A stretch of 63,968 nt of DNA, filler included, from Malassezia furfur (lineage: Eukaryota), in assembly GCA_052055015.1 (NCBI GenBank). It is 6 parts of 6 records of this genome, joined end to end, with 100 filler letters (N's around TTAATTAATTAA, not from the genome) between each part and the next. Parts side by side here need not be neighbours in the genome. Positions count along the whole stretch, not along the records: positions 22,509 to 33,652 come from JBQJIT010000370.1; 5 more parts are not named here. The stretch is one strand, 5' to 3'. The notes under the pieces are model-generated. The model was not told the DNA's origin. It worked only from the letters and a program-made list of their open reading frames with translations, and did not search any database. Below, piece after piece: positions 22,623 to 33,752 of this stretch. The translations under genes were made by a program, and so were the position numbers. Within the stretch, counting starts at the first letter, position 1; each line of letters opens with the position of its first letter.

Positions 22623-23846
22623 ATGGACGTGCTTGCGCAGCGATTCCAGCCGCTCGCCGACGCGGTCACCAAGGTGCTTGACCCGTTCCGCGCGGTGCCG
22701 AAGCCCGCACACCCGCCACTGTGGGAGGGCGACGTCGGCAAGTTCCACCTCGCCTTCTACCCGCAGCAGTTCTACCTGCAGGGTGCGCTGCTCGCGCTCG
22801 CGCTGCTGTACGCGCTCACAGCTTGGGTCGGCCGCTGGCGCAACCGCCGCATCGCGAACCAGGTTGCAGAGACGTACGCCCGTGCGCTGCGCACTGAGTT
22901 TGCGCTCGTCGGAGCCGGCGACGACCATTCGCTGCTCGTCTGGAACGGCGCAGCGGACGCCATGCTGTTCGCGTCCGGCCGGCGCGGCGTTGAAGTGCTG
23001 CAGGCCACGTTCCAGCTCGCGCCGCGCCACGACCTGCTCAAGCGCGTGGGCGCGTTTCTGTACGACCATCTGTGGCTCCCTTCGACGCCGGTCCAAGTCC
23101 ACGACCGTGTCGCACTCTCCTTCCGCCTGCCGCACGACGAGAAGCGCACGCTCGGCACTTTTGCGCTGATCGACAAGCAGGCATTACAGCGTGTGCGCCA
23201 GAACCGCTTCGACCTCCTGTTTTCTAAGGTCGCCGACGCGGAGAACGCCAACACGCAGCGGGCGCTGGACGAGCGCTTTGCGATTGCGTCCGAGCACGGC
23301 GAGCTGACCGACCGTTTCCTTGGTGAGGTCGGTGCGCGCGGCGACGAGCAGCGCAAGCGTCTCGGGCTCGTCGAGGCCGTCAACGGGCCTGCCGGCCGCT
23401 TCCTCGAGAGCATCGTCGTGACCGACCAGCCGGAAACGCGCCCGGCCTCGGCGAGCTCGCCGAACATGGACCGCGTGGTGGTGACGCTGCGCGTGCCGCG
23501 CTCGGTGCGCGACACGGAGGCGACGTTCCCCTTGCTCACTGCGGCGCTGGACATCATCGACGCGCTCTACCTCGCGTCGACGGGCCGCTCGACGCTGCTG
23601 GCGCTGCGCCCGGAAACGCAAAACTCGCTAAAGAAGACGCGCATTGAAGTCGCCAAGGCGCTCGAGGAGCAGGCCGCGCTGTACGCGGACGCCGACGAGC
23701 AGGAGGAGCGCGAGGAGGCGCGGCGCAAGGCGCAGCAGGAGAAGTTCGAGAAGCTCACGCCCGCGGAGCAGGCGAAGCGCAAGCAGATCGAGAAGAAGCG
23801 TGCGCAGCGCAAGCTGCAGCAGTCGCAGACGGTGCGGCGGCGCTAG
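22623..23846 (+). CDS. DUF1682/CCDC47-like ER membrane protein (PAT complex)
   Basis: N-terminal TM, MLFASGRRG, LAPRHD, and C-terminal coiled coil KLTPAEQAKRKQIEKKR. Confidence 0.8.
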   Translation: MDVLAQRFQPLADAVTKVLDPFRAVPKPAHPPLWEGDVGKFHLAFYPQQFYLQGALLALALLYALTAWVGRWRNRRIANQVAETYARALRTEFALVGAGDDHSLLVWNGAADAMLFASGRRGVEVLQATFQLAPRHDLLKRVGAFLYDHLWLPSTPVQVHDRVALSFRLPHDEKRTLGTFALIDKQALQRVRQNRFDLLFSKVADAENANTQRALDERFAIASEHGELTDRFLGEVGARGDEQRKRLGLVEAVNGPAGRFLESIVVTDQPETRPASASSPNMDRVVVTLRVPRSVRDTEATFPLLTAALDIIDALYLASTGRSTLLALRPETQNSLKKTRIEVAKALEEQAALYADADEQEEREEARRKAQQEKFEKLTPAEQAKRKQIEKKRAQRKLQQSQTVRRR

Positions 23847-24040
23847 ACGTAGTAGATAGCACGTAGTAAGAGAGGGGTGGCCCACCGTGGCAAGCGGTGG
23901 CCCTAGACGCAAATGCCGCGGCAACGGTGCCTTCTGGAGTCGGTGCCGCAGTGCGCCATGCACCGTCGTGGGTCTAGGCTCATCCGTCTAGACGTATGGC
24001 GACCACACTCGCTTCTCGTCTGCGCCGTTGCACCTACGCA

Positions 24041-27000
24041 CTATATCCCTGCCTCGATGTCGATGTCGACGGGCGCGTCAAACTCGGCGTACCCCGGCAG
24101 CGCACGCTCGGCCCACGGTGTGTCGTGCATGTCGTCGTCCTCGTCGACCTCGTGCGCGAGCGCCGTACGGTCCTCAGCCAGGACCGCGTCAGACACGGGC
24201 TGCGCGAGCACCTGCGCAAAGAACGAGGACAGCTTGGTCTGCTCAACCACCTCGGCGAGCTGTGCGTGCTCCGCCTCCCACTCGTCGTGGAGCTGCGTGA
24301 GCTGCACGTGCGGCACGCCAGGGAAGCGCGCCGCAAGCTCCTCGACGCTCGGTGGCGCACTCGCGCACACCTGCTCGGGGCTGAGCAGCACATGCGCCGT
24401 GCTCTCGTTCGCGAGCACCGCCTGCACCGTCGCAAACGCCACCGTGCTGCGCACCTCTTCGAGCACGCCCTGGTCTGTCTTTTGCGCCGTGGAGCTCGCC
24501 GCGTACCAGTCGTCCTGGAGGTACAGGCGGCGCCACAGCGTCGCGAGCAGCGTTTGCTTGTGCTCCGCCGGGGCATCGATGCGCACATACACCTGCGCCG
24601 CAATCGCAAAGTCAGTCAGCGCCGTGTCCGATGCAGGCGCCGCGTACGCAGGGTCCTGCAGCGTGAGCAGGTCCACAAGCGCCTCGCCCGACGCCACGTG
24701 GCCGGCGAGCAGCTGCGTGGCGAGCATGTCAAACAACGCACGCGTCGCGGGCCACGCGTCGAGGCGCGGCGCGACGGTCTGCACGACGCGCTCCGCGGCG
24801 GCCTCGGGCGCGGTGTGTGCGGTGTGAGCGGCGTGCGCCCAGCGGTCGCGCAGCCGGTTTTGCACGTGGACGAGGTCCAGCGCATCGTCAAACGCCTCGA
24901 GCGCCGCCTGCTCCTGCGGCGCGGCGAGCGCCGTGTCGAGGTCGGGGAGCGTCGCGAGGTGCGCAAGCTTGCCGAGGCTCAGCATCGACTGCTTCGCGCG
25001 GAAATCGTCGCGCTCTTCGCGTGCACACACCCGGAGCGTGGCGCTCGCGCGGTCAAAGCGGCCGAGGAGCACATCGTGCACCCACGCCATGCGCCGGTAC
25101 TGAGGGTGGCTCTCGAGGAAGGCGAGCACGAGCTCCGCGTGCTCCGGCTGCGGCTCAAACAGCTTGCGGAACGCGCCATGCTGGATGTAGTACTGGTACA
25201 GTTCCTCGGCGAACGGCATGCCGTACCGGTCCAGGTAGGATTCGACACGCACCTCAGCCGGCTCGTGCGCAGCGGCCGCGGGGTGCGTGTGCTTGGCGCG
25301 CTTGCCGCCCGCAGCGTCCTCGGGCGCCGCCGCAAAGCACAGCGCCGTGAGCGTCTTAAAGTCGTGGTGCTGCTCGGCGAGCGCAAATGCCTTGTCGGCA
25401 CGCCCGGCGTCCAGCAGCGGGTGCAGCAGCGCGGGGCGCGCGTGGTCGTACGCGGCACGCGTCTCCTCGAGCGCCGGGCCGCTCCCATCGCCGTCGGCCC
25501 CCGCCGCGGTAAGAAAGACGAGGCGCGCATCGTACGTGTCCATAGTAAACTCGGCGAGCGCACACAGCTGCGTGCGCAGCTCCGCCACCTTGACGCCCTT
25601 GGCGCCGCGCTGCAGCGTGTGCAGCGTCGCGCGGAAGAGCGTCTCGAGGAGCTCGATGCTGCTCGCGTGCGCGTACCACGGCTCGTACGCCACGGCCGGT
25701 GTTGCGTCGAGCGCATACGCCTCGCCGTACTCGGTGCGGAAGCGTGCGGCGCCAAACCGCAGCGCGAGCACGAGCCGTGTCGCCTCGACGACGGCGCGCG
25801 CATCGTCCGTGCGCGGCTGCACCGCGGCGAGCAGCGCCGCGAGCAGCGCGGGCATCTGCGCCAGCTCGTGCTCGAAAAAGAAGCGCTCCGTGTCGTGGGG
25901 CGTCCGCTGCGGCCCGAGCGCCGTGTGGATGGCCGCAGGGAGCAGGTGCGCGGCGTGCGTGCCGCTCTGCACGCTGTCATCAAAGAAGCGCCACAGGTCG
26001 CCCGCACCGGCCAGCAGCTCGGCGTCGCTGCGCAGCTGCAGCCGCAAGGTGCGTGCGAGGCGCATCAGGTACCCATTCTCGCCCACGAGCGCAATGAGGC
26101 GCACGCAGCACGCGACGCGCTGCGCCAGCGCCGTGCGCAGGTCGACCGATGCACGCATCGCGGCCAGCTCGCCGCGCACGAGCGCGCGGCTGATGTTCTC
26201 GACGGCGGCCTGCAGCAGGTCCGTGTCGAGGTCGTCGGGGAGCGTGTCGAGCTGCAGCGGGTTCGCCGCGTCCTCGCCGTACCAGACGCCCTTCTCGAGG
26301 CGCTCCTGGAGGCGCGCGACGCGTGCGGCATGCATCGTCGGCGACGTCGGCTGCTGCTCCTCGGCGATGCGCGCCGCATGGGCCACGTCCATGTCGACGA
26401 GCAGCACGCCGCTGTGCGACGTCTGTGCGGCCCAGCGCACCGCGCTGACACCTGGCGCGCCGGGCGCCAGCACCAGTGCCGCGCCCAGCACGCGGTTCTC
26501 GCCGGGCTTGAGCACGACGCTCTCCTCTACGGCGCCGCCGGCGGTGTCGCCCAGCAGCTGCGTGACGAGCGCGTCGTCGAATGCGACAAACGCCGTGGGC
26601 GGCGCGCTCTCAGACACAGCGAGGCGCGGCAGCGCACGGGGGTCGTTCGCACGGCGGTATGCCAGCGGACGCACCTGCTCGACGCCCAAGGTGCCGTCTG
26701 CTGCGACGCCCACAAGCGCGAGGCCGTACGCCGCAGCGCTCGACGACACGTCGCTTTGGTCCGCATAGAGTACCGCGATGCGGTGTGCCGACATGGGCGC
26801 AATGTCCACGAGCTGCAGCTGGGCGCCCGCTGCGTTGCTGTACCGCCGTCCGCTCGCATACATGGCGCGGCTCGCGATGGTCTTGTGCAGCTGGTCGTCG
26901 TCAACGAGGTGCTTCGGCTGGTGCGACGCCGCACCCGAGCCGGCAATCGGCACGCGCCACACCTGCACGGCGTGGGCGCTGAGCGCATACAGGTGCACAT

Positions 27001-27691
27001 GCAGCGCATCCGCAGACGCTGCACCGACAGCGAGGCGCATGATGGTGCCGCTACCGGCGGCGCCCGGCGCCGACTGGAAGAAGCGGCTCAGCAGGCCCTT
27101 GTGTTCGGTGTACACGGAGTGCACGAGGTGGTGCTCGCCGCGGTGGACGTACGCATGCACGCGGAAGAGGCGCGCAGCGCTGGTTGCGTACACGGCTTGG
27201 CTCGGCTGCGTGAGTGGGACAGGACGTACGTCGATGCGCGCGGCGGCGGTGAGCACCTCGCCGTGCTCGAGCGGGAGCTGCGTGTGGACGATCTCGGCCT
27301 CAGGCGTGGTGAAGGCATCGGAGACCACGTCCCAGAACCGCACTTCGCCCTGGGCGTTCGCGAGAAGCAGCGCAGGCTCGGCACTCTCGTTGAGCGGGCG
27401 CGGGAGGAGCGTGCAATGCACGGCGCGCCGGTCGCTCGACGCTGGGATAGGGAACGTGTAGCATGTCGGGTTCGCGCTGTTGCTGCGCCAGACATGCGCA
27501 CGGTCGGCAGTCACACAGAACGCATACTCCGACTCGGCGTCGATGCCCGCGGCGTTTGGCGCGACGTATGGGTCAGCATGCAGCGCCTCGGCCGCGCCCG
27601 GCGTGAGCGTCTGCACGAACTGGCGCACGCGGAACACCGAGTCCTGCAACAGGACCACGGGCTCGCGCCCGCTCGACATCCACGCCGACAT
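24041..27691 (-). CDS. NUP133: Nucleoporin Nup133
   Basis: N-terminal propeller (EPALLLANAQGEVRFWD) and helical C-terminus AFALAEQHHDFKTL, YLDRYGMPFA, MAWVHDV, MLSLGKLA. Confidence 0.9.
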   Translation of the reverse strand: MSAWMSSGREPVVLLQDSVFRVRQFVQTLTPGAAEALHADPYVAPNAAGIDAESEYAFCVTADRAHVWRSNSANPTCYTFPIPASSDRRAVHCTLLPRPLNESAEPALLLANAQGEVRFWDVVSDAFTTPEAEIVHTQLPLEHGEVLTAAARIDVRPVPLTQPSQAVYATSAARLFRVHAYVHRGEHHLVHSVYTEHKGLLSRFFQSAPGAAGSGTIMRLAVGAASADALHVHLYALSAHAVQVWRVPIAGSGAASHQPKHLVDDDQLHKTIASRAMYASGRRYSNAAGAQLQLVDIAPMSAHRIAVLYADQSDVSSSAAAYGLALVGVAADGTLGVEQVRPLAYRRANDPRALPRLAVSESAPPTAFVAFDDALVTQLLGDTAGGAVEESVVLKPGENRVLGAALVLAPGAPGVSAVRWAAQTSHSGVLLVDMDVAHAARIAEEQQPTSPTMHAARVARLQERLEKGVWYGEDAANPLQLDTLPDDLDTDLLQAAVENISRALVRGELAAMRASVDLRTALAQRVACCVRLIALVGENGYLMRLARTLRLQLRSDAELLAGAGDLWRFFDDSVQSGTHAAHLLPAAIHTALGPQRTPHDTERFFFEHELAQMPALLAALLAAVQPRTDDARAVVEATRLVLALRFGAARFRTEYGEAYALDATPAVAYEPWYAHASSIELLETLFRATLHTLQRGAKGVKVAELRTQLCALAEFTMDTYDARLVFLTAAGADGDGSGPALEETRAAYDHARPALLHPLLDAGRADKAFALAEQHHDFKTLTALCFAAAPEDAAGGKRAKHTHPAAAAHEPAEVRVESYLDRYGMPFAEELYQYYIQHGAFRKLFEPQPEHAELVLAFLESHPQYRRMAWVHDVLLGRFDRASATLRVCAREERDDFRAKQSMLSLGKLAHLATLPDLDTALAAPQEQAALEAFDDALDLVHVQNRLRDRWAHAAHTAHTAPEAAAERVVQTVAPRLDAWPATRALFDMLATQLLAGHVASGEALVDLLTLQDPAYAAPASDTALTDFAIAAQVYVRIDAPAEHKQTLLATLWRRLYLQDDWYAASSTAQKTDQGVLEEVRSTVAFATVQAVLANESTAHVLLSPEQVCASAPPSVEELAARFPGVPHVQLTQLHDEWEAEHAQLAEVVEQTKLSSFFAQVLAQPVSDAVLAEDRTALAHEVDEDDDMHDTPWAERALPGYAEFDAPVDIDIEAGI

Positions 27692-27708
27692 CGCGGAAGG
27701 ACGAAAGC

Positions 27709-27714
27709 CACGTG
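27709..27714. promoter_or_regulatory. CACGTG element in the NUP133/METTL6 bidirectional promoter (representative of 13 promoter copies)
   Basis: Also at 4566, 7364, 14874, 19940, 22566, 40795, 41348, 43086, 45423, 51194, 58289 and 62085, each in short non-coding DNA upstream of a start codon. Confidence 0.7.
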
Positions 27715-27722
27715 GGACTACG

Positions 27723-28670
27723 ATGGAGGCCGCCGACGCGCCGCCGGCGCACGACGCGGCGCGTGCGCCCAGGCCGATCCCGGGCAACGTGCCCGCGAGC
27801 GTGCCGCAAACGACGCGCGCCGACGACGTGCTTGCACAGAACCGGCGCGTGAGCACACCGTTTATGATCGACAAGACGCAGCGCGAGGCCGGCAAGGCGT
27901 GGGACAAATTCTACAAGGCACACCAGGACAAGTTTTTCAAGAACCGGCACTGGACGGACCGCGAGTTCCAGGAGCTGCGCGCTGCGGGCGACACAGGCGA
28001 GGACGGTGATGAGGAACAGATCGACACCGCGCTCCCCACCGACACCCCCGTCCTGCTCGAGGTCGGCTGCGGCGTCGGCAATACGGTATACCCCCTGCTC
28101 GAGAAGAACGCGGCGCTCCGCGTGCACTGCTGCGACTTTTCGCCGCGCGCCGTGCAGATGGTCGAGGCACACCCCGCGTACACCGAGGCGCGTGTGAACG
28201 CGTTCGTGTACGACCTGGTCGGGCAGCGCACGTCGGATGCACTCGCCGAGTCTCTCGCGCGCCGCGAGTGGCCGCCGATCACGACGCTGTCGCTCATCTT
28301 TGTGATGTCGGCGATCCCGCCGCACGAGCATGTGCCTGTGCTGCGTGCGCTGCTGCGCGTTGTGCCGCTCGGCGCCACGGTCGTGTTTCGCGACTATGCA
28401 CGCGGCGATTTGGCCCAGCTGCGCTTCCACACGCGCAAGGACGCACAGTGGGCAGAGCCGAGCCTGCTGAGCGACGACCACGACTGGTACCGCCGCGGTG
28501 ACCACACGATGGCCTACTTCTTTACCGTGGCCGAAGTTGAGGCGCTCGTCGCGGAGGCCGGCGGCCTCGAAGGCCGCGTGGAGGAAGTCGTCAAGGTCAA
28601 CACGAACCGGCGCACCGGCGCGGTGATGGACCGGCGGTTCATCCAGGCAAAGTTGCGACGCATCGCCTAG
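27723..28670 (+). CDS. METTL6: tRNA m3C methyltransferase, METTL6/Trm141-type (Abp140 family)
   Basis: WDKFYK...FFKNRHWTDREF, LLEVGCGVGN, CCDFSPRA, FRDYARGDLAQLRF, MDRRFIQ. Confidence 0.85.
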   Translation: MEAADAPPAHDAARAPRPIPGNVPASVPQTTRADDVLAQNRRVSTPFMIDKTQREAGKAWDKFYKAHQDKFFKNRHWTDREFQELRAAGDTGEDGDEEQIDTALPTDTPVLLEVGCGVGNTVYPLLEKNAALRVHCCDFSPRAVQMVEAHPAYTEARVNAFVYDLVGQRTSDALAESLARREWPPITTLSLIFVMSAIPPHEHVPVLRALLRVVPLGATVVFRDYARGDLAQLRFHTRKDAQWAEPSLLSDDHDWYRRGDHTMAYFFTVAEVEALVAEAGGLEGRVEEVVKVNTNRRTGAVMDRRFIQAKLRRIA

Positions 28671-28690
28671 TACGTAGCTACCTGTATCAC

Positions 28691-29083
28691 CTACATGCGC
28701 CGCGCACGCTCGGCGATCATGACACGGTTGCCGTGCGCACGGAAAGCAGCGCGCCACCGCTCGTCGTCGTGCAGCGCCGACTCGGTGCGGAGGACCGAGC
28801 CGATCGACATAAAGAAGCCAAACGTGGCGCCGGACGACAGCATGTACTGCGACAGGGTCGCAAGAGCACCGCGGGGGCCAGGGCCGGCGCTGAGTCAGAG
28901 GGGGCGACGTACCGGAGGATCTGGAAACCGCCGCCGATAAAGCCAATGGTAAGACCCACGAGCGAGCCCATCATAGCGCCCATTGTGACTGCGTGAGATG
29001 GTGCACATACGCTTGGAAAGCACGCTCGGCTCGGGCGCATGCTGGAGGATCACTTGCTGCTGGGGCTGTTGGGGCACACTCAT
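28691..29083 (-). CDS. MGR2: Mgr2/Romo1 TIM23 subunit
   Basis: Introns 28989-29010 (22 nt) and 28890-28912 (23 nt) give KLTMGAMMGSLVGLTIGFIGGGFQILR|AGPGPRG...SSGATFGFFMSIGSVLR. Confidence 0.93.
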
Positions 29084-29178
29084 ATCCAAGAAGGTCGTCG
29101 AGGAATTTGCAAATTTGCACGCCGCGCGATGGGGTGCTTGGGCCAGGTGGAGGCGCCAAGCATCAAGCTCTCCACACC

Positions 29179-29891
29179 ATGGCCGCACCGACGCTCGTAC
29201 CGCTTCCGTTTGCCAATGCGCTTGCGAAGAAGATCGCACTGTGCTGCGGGTACGTAGACTAGACTGACCAAGTGACATCACCAAACGTGCGTAGCGCCAT
29301 GCTGATACAGTGCGCGTGGATGCCATCGTCAATGCTGCCAACAACTCGCTTCTGGGCGGCGGCGGCGGTACGTGCAACGCTCACGCAGTCGACGGCGCCA
29401 TTCACCGCGCAGCGAACGACAAGCGCTTTCTTGAAGAGTGCCGCCAGCATAATGTGCGTCTGTGCCTAACCCAGGGATGTGCGACCGGCGAAGCGAAGCT
29501 GACCAAGGGCTACAACCTGCCTGCAAAGGCCGTCATCCACACGGTCGGCCCTGTTTGTGCGTGACCAGGCATACTCATTCAGACGCGGAGCATTCGCCGA
29601 GCGAGAGCAAGTCCCTGCTCCAGGCCGCCTACCGCAACAGTCTGCAGGTCGCTGCTGACGCGGGACTGCGTTCCGTGGTAGGTTGGCGCATGGCTCACCC
29701 AGGCGTTCCCCTCGATCTCGACCGGCGTGTACGGCTACCCCAAAGCCGCCGCGACCGATGCGGCGCTCGAGCAAGTCAAGGCGTTCCTCGAAGGGCCGAG
29801 CGGCAACAAGGTCGACCAGGTCGTGTTCTGCTGCTTTATGCCAGAGGACATGAAGGGCTACGAAAACGCAGCGCCTAAGTACTTTTCGTAG
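29179..29891 (+). CDS. MacroD/YmdB-type macrodomain ADP-ribosylhydrolase, 7 exons
   Basis: Six introns (29250-72, 29287-310, 29368-88, 29454-74, 29557-82, 29678-702) give [33 protein letters not shown]...VIHTVGPVY...[15 protein letters not shown]. Confidence 0.95.
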
Positions 29892-32160
29892 ACGTAGTCG
29901 CCGCAAGTGCGCGCTCTAACAAGGCACGGGCCGGCATGGATTGCTCCATGTTCTGTACGTCCAGGAGCATCGCCACCTCACTAGGCCCGGGAAGGCCGCT
30001 GGTCGCCGCCGGCGAAGCTGGCGCCGGATGCGCCTCGGCGTACTGATGTGCAATCTGGGCAAGGGCCGCACGGTGAATCGTCGCTGGGAGTGGCGTAGGG
30101 AGCGAATGCAGGCGCTGCGGCGCAATGAGCAGCTCGGGTGATTCCAGGAAGGCATGAAGTGCCTTGCCGACATCCTCTTGCGTTGCCGACGTCTTGGCTA
30201 CGACGGCGTCGAGGCCCGCGTCCTGGACGACCGCCGTGTACTGTGTGAGTGGCGCAACGTACGTGTGCTTCGCAAATTCGCTCGAGGGCCGTGCGCAGCT
30301 GTACCAACAGCTGGTGGCAGGCTGCTTGGGTCTCGCCCTCAAACGGCTGCAGCGCCGACTAGGTTAGTTTGCCGACGTACCCACACCGGAGCAAGCGCCT
30401 GGACAAGAAAGACGTCGGCGTGCCACGCCTGTGTCTCGTACACGCGCTGCTCCATTTTCGGTGCCGCAGACCAGCGGAGGTAGCGCGACCATCCGTCCGG
30501 CTCTGCGGCAGGTTCGGCGCGAGGCCGCATTGCACATGCGCCAACAGACTTGCGCAGCGGCTCCACAAAGCGCTCCACGACGTGGCGCTCGAGCGCTTGC
30601 ACCTCTTCGGTGCTTGTGGCATCCGCTTCGCGTGCCTGGGCGCATTCCTGTAAACTCGCACGCACAAGTTGTGCCGCCTCGCGCGTCGCAGTGAGTGCGT
30701 CGGCGTCGGGCAGCGCGACGAGGTGTGAGAGGCGCGCATCAAAGAACGCCTGCAGTGCACGCGCAAACGACTCGTCTGCGACTTGGACAAGCTCGCGCAG
30801 CGTCGTACTGAGCTCGGCGCGTGCGCCAATCGTATGTTGCATAGTCGTGCGGTAGAAGCGCAGCAGGAAGTAGAGGCGGAGCGCCACCACGCCGTCCGTC
30901 TGCCCACGCAACGTGTGCAGGACGCGCGCCTTGAGCGGGCGGCAGCACCCGGCAACATTGCGCTCGAGGATGTTGCGCACCAGCGCGTCAAAGACGGACG
31001 CATCCAGTGTCGTGTGCCCCGGACGCAGCAGTGGTCCAGCGCCACGCAGATCGACGCTCGCATCGAGCCCCGTATGCCGCTCGCCAATCCGGCGGTGGTG
31101 CTTGCGCGCCGAGGCATTGTCGGCGGTGGGCGGCGGCGGTGCCAGCAATGCCAGCAGCGACACAATCAGCTCGCGCTCACTCGCAAGCAGCTGGTGCACC
31201 CAAGCGAGCATGTCGGACACGTAGCGCACCGCATCGTGCGCGTGCATTTCAATGGGACGCGGCGGATATGTCGGTGCCGTTCCACCGACCGTGAGCGCAT
31301 GCACAAAAGCGTCGGGCAGCAGCGCCGCACGCGTCTCGGCAAAGGCCGCGAGCACGGAGCGGAAGAGATCTTCGCGCGCCGCAAGGCGCTGGAGTGCCGC
31401 GCGCAAAATCTCGGGAGCCTCGGCGCCCTCGATGGGAAGGCGACGCAGTGTAGACGACGCATAGTGCGCGACGCGGCGGTACGCCGTATCAAGCAGAGCC
31501 GAAGCGCGTGCGCGAAGATCGATTGTCGCCTGGGCCTCGTCGGGGATGCGCGCGGACGACGGGCCATCTGCACCGGCACCGTCGCCGCGTGTGCTGTCGC
31601 CTACGCGCAGGTCGCCGAGGTCGATGAGGAGCAATGCGTCGCCAAGAATCGCGTGCAGCTTGTCAATGGACGCGAGCAAAGCTGTGTCAACAGGCGCATC
31701 GGACTGCAGGAGCGCCTTCTCCTCGGCAGGCGAGAGTGTCATGCGCTCGAGTAGTTTGCGCGCCATATCTTCGTGAAGCTGCGCGGTTTCGCTGTGTGAG
31801 CGCGCGTACGACCTACCTCTGCTTGGTGAGTGCGCCTGCATGCTCAAGCACCGGCTGCGCTGCGGCAATGGCGTCGTCCATCGACGCGAGCGTCGCCTCG
31901 CACGACTGCTGTGCGGCGCTCGTCTCGCTTTCCATCGCGGCGAGCGTCGATTCGACGTCCGCCAGCGCGGCGCAAAACGTGCGCGTCGCGCGGTTGGCTT
32001 CGCGGCGGATGTCGCGCCGGGCGTGCGCGCGGATGCGCCGCAAATCGGCATCTGGGTACATCTCTGCAAGCACGGCAAATGCCTCGCGTGTCGCGGGCTC
32101 GTCGTGCGGCGTCGCGAGCATCGCGTGCAGCGCGGCGCCGGGCGGCGCGTCGGCCTGCAT
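29875..32160 (-). CDS. COG6: COG complex subunit 6
   Basis: PRPIEMHAHDAVRYVSDMLAWVHQLLASERE signature; introns 31792-31816, 30359-30380, 30241-30262. Confidence 0.92.
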
Positions 32161-32234
32161 GGCGGGGGAGCCGGCGAAGTAACCTCCACTTGTGTCTCGG
32201 GCGAACAGGGTATGTCGTACTATGGCGCGCACGG

Positions 32235-33652
32235 CTATTCCGAGCGCGATGCACCGAGGTACTGCTGCGAGAAGCGGTGCAGTACATCCAGCAGCGCACG
32301 CTCGTCTGGCGTGCAGGCGCCCTGGGCGGCGCGGATCGCCGCGTCCACGTCGCGGCCGAGGCCCGAGGCGATTTCCGTCTCGGCGACGCTGGTCTGTGCG
32401 CGGCACGCGTCCGACGCGTCGGGCGGGAGCGGCCCGCGCGCCCACAGCACCGCCTGCGTCGCACACAGCCCGATGCTCTGTGCGAGCGCCGTGCCGAGCA
32501 TCGCGCGCCGTGCGTCCTTCTCCGAGCACGCGCGCGCCGCATCGCTCAGGGCACTCGCGATTTCGAGCAGCGTGCCGAGCGACGCGGGCGACGACGGCGT
32601 GGTGTGCAGCACGGGCGCAATCAGCGCAGGGAGCACGGGCCACTCGGCGACGTCCTCGAGGAGCACGATGCTCGCGCCGCTCAGGTCCCAGAGCAGCGCG
32701 AGGAGCGTCGCGATCGCATCGGCCAGTGCGTCGGTCGCGAGCGGCACAACCGCCTGCCAGTCTGCGTCCGCATCCGCGCCTGCGCCGTCCTTGGCGTCGG
32801 CGTGCTCCGGGAGGCCCAGGAGCGTGCGCAGCTCGCGCGGGTGGGTGTACAGGTAGCCGAGCTGCTGCAGCACCCACGGGAGGCGCTCGACGAGCTCGGC
32901 GTGCAGCGGGAGCGGCGTGGTGCGTGCCTTGGCGCGGTGCATCGCGTACAGCACACGCAGCACCGCGCGGAACTCGTGGAGCTGCGCGAGGTCGAGCGGC
33001 GGCGCGGCGTAGGCCGAGTTGGGCGTCGGGAGCGTGTAGTGCAGCGTGCGGCGCAGCTGCGGCGCGTACAGCTGCACAAACGCACACGCGTCGCCCTCGA
33101 CAAAGTGGGCGCCCGCCGCTGCCTGCGACGTGGCGAGTGTCTCGGTGAGGCTCGCGACGATTTGCAGCGCGACGAGCCAGTGCGCATGGAGCGGGTTGAT
33201 GTCGCCCGTCGGCAGCGCGGCGGCAAGCGTGCCCTGCTCGAGCTCGACGCTGAGCGCGTTGCTGCACAGCGCAAACACGACGCCGCTCTCGGCGAGCAGC
33301 TCGCACGTCGCGCGCTGCGCCGCGAGCGTCGCGCACAGCTGCAGCAGCGGCGCGAGGTACAGCACGTGCACGGGCGCCCACGCCTCGCCGTCGAGCGGGG
33401 CACGTGGCGCGCGTGCGAGGAGTGCCAGGCACGTGGTCAGCACACGCGCGTCACGGAGCGGCGCGGCCCACGCCGCGGCGAGGCGCGGCCGGTGCGCGGC
33501 GTGCTGCACGGCCGCGACAAGCACCTGCAGCTCGGTGTCGGCGGCGTGTGCGTCGGCGGTGCCCGGCGCGTACAGCGCCGCACGTGCCGCGACGCCGCTG
33601 AGCATACCGAGGGCGCGCACGGCGATGGCCGCGAGCGCGGGCGACGGCGAGG
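32235..33652 (-). CDS. NUP188: C-terminal part of a large helical protein, probably Nup188 (5' truncated)
   Basis: ELLAESGV..LCSNALS, NPLHAHWLVALQIV, HFVEGDACAFVQLY resemble basidiomycete Nup188 C-termini as recalled. Confidence 0.55.
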
Positions 33653-33752
33653 NNNNNNNNNNNNNNNNNNNNNNNNNNNNNNNNNNNNNNNNNNNNTTAA
33701 TTAATTAANNNNNNNNNNNNNNNNNNNNNNNNNNNNNNNNNNNNNNNNNNNN

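Noticed and set aside
11259..33652. Apparent nucleoporin cluster (NUP37, NUP133, NUP188)
   Set aside because: NUP37 is on a different contig. The other two are separated by four unrelated genes, and the NUP37 and NUP188 calls are only moderate confidence.
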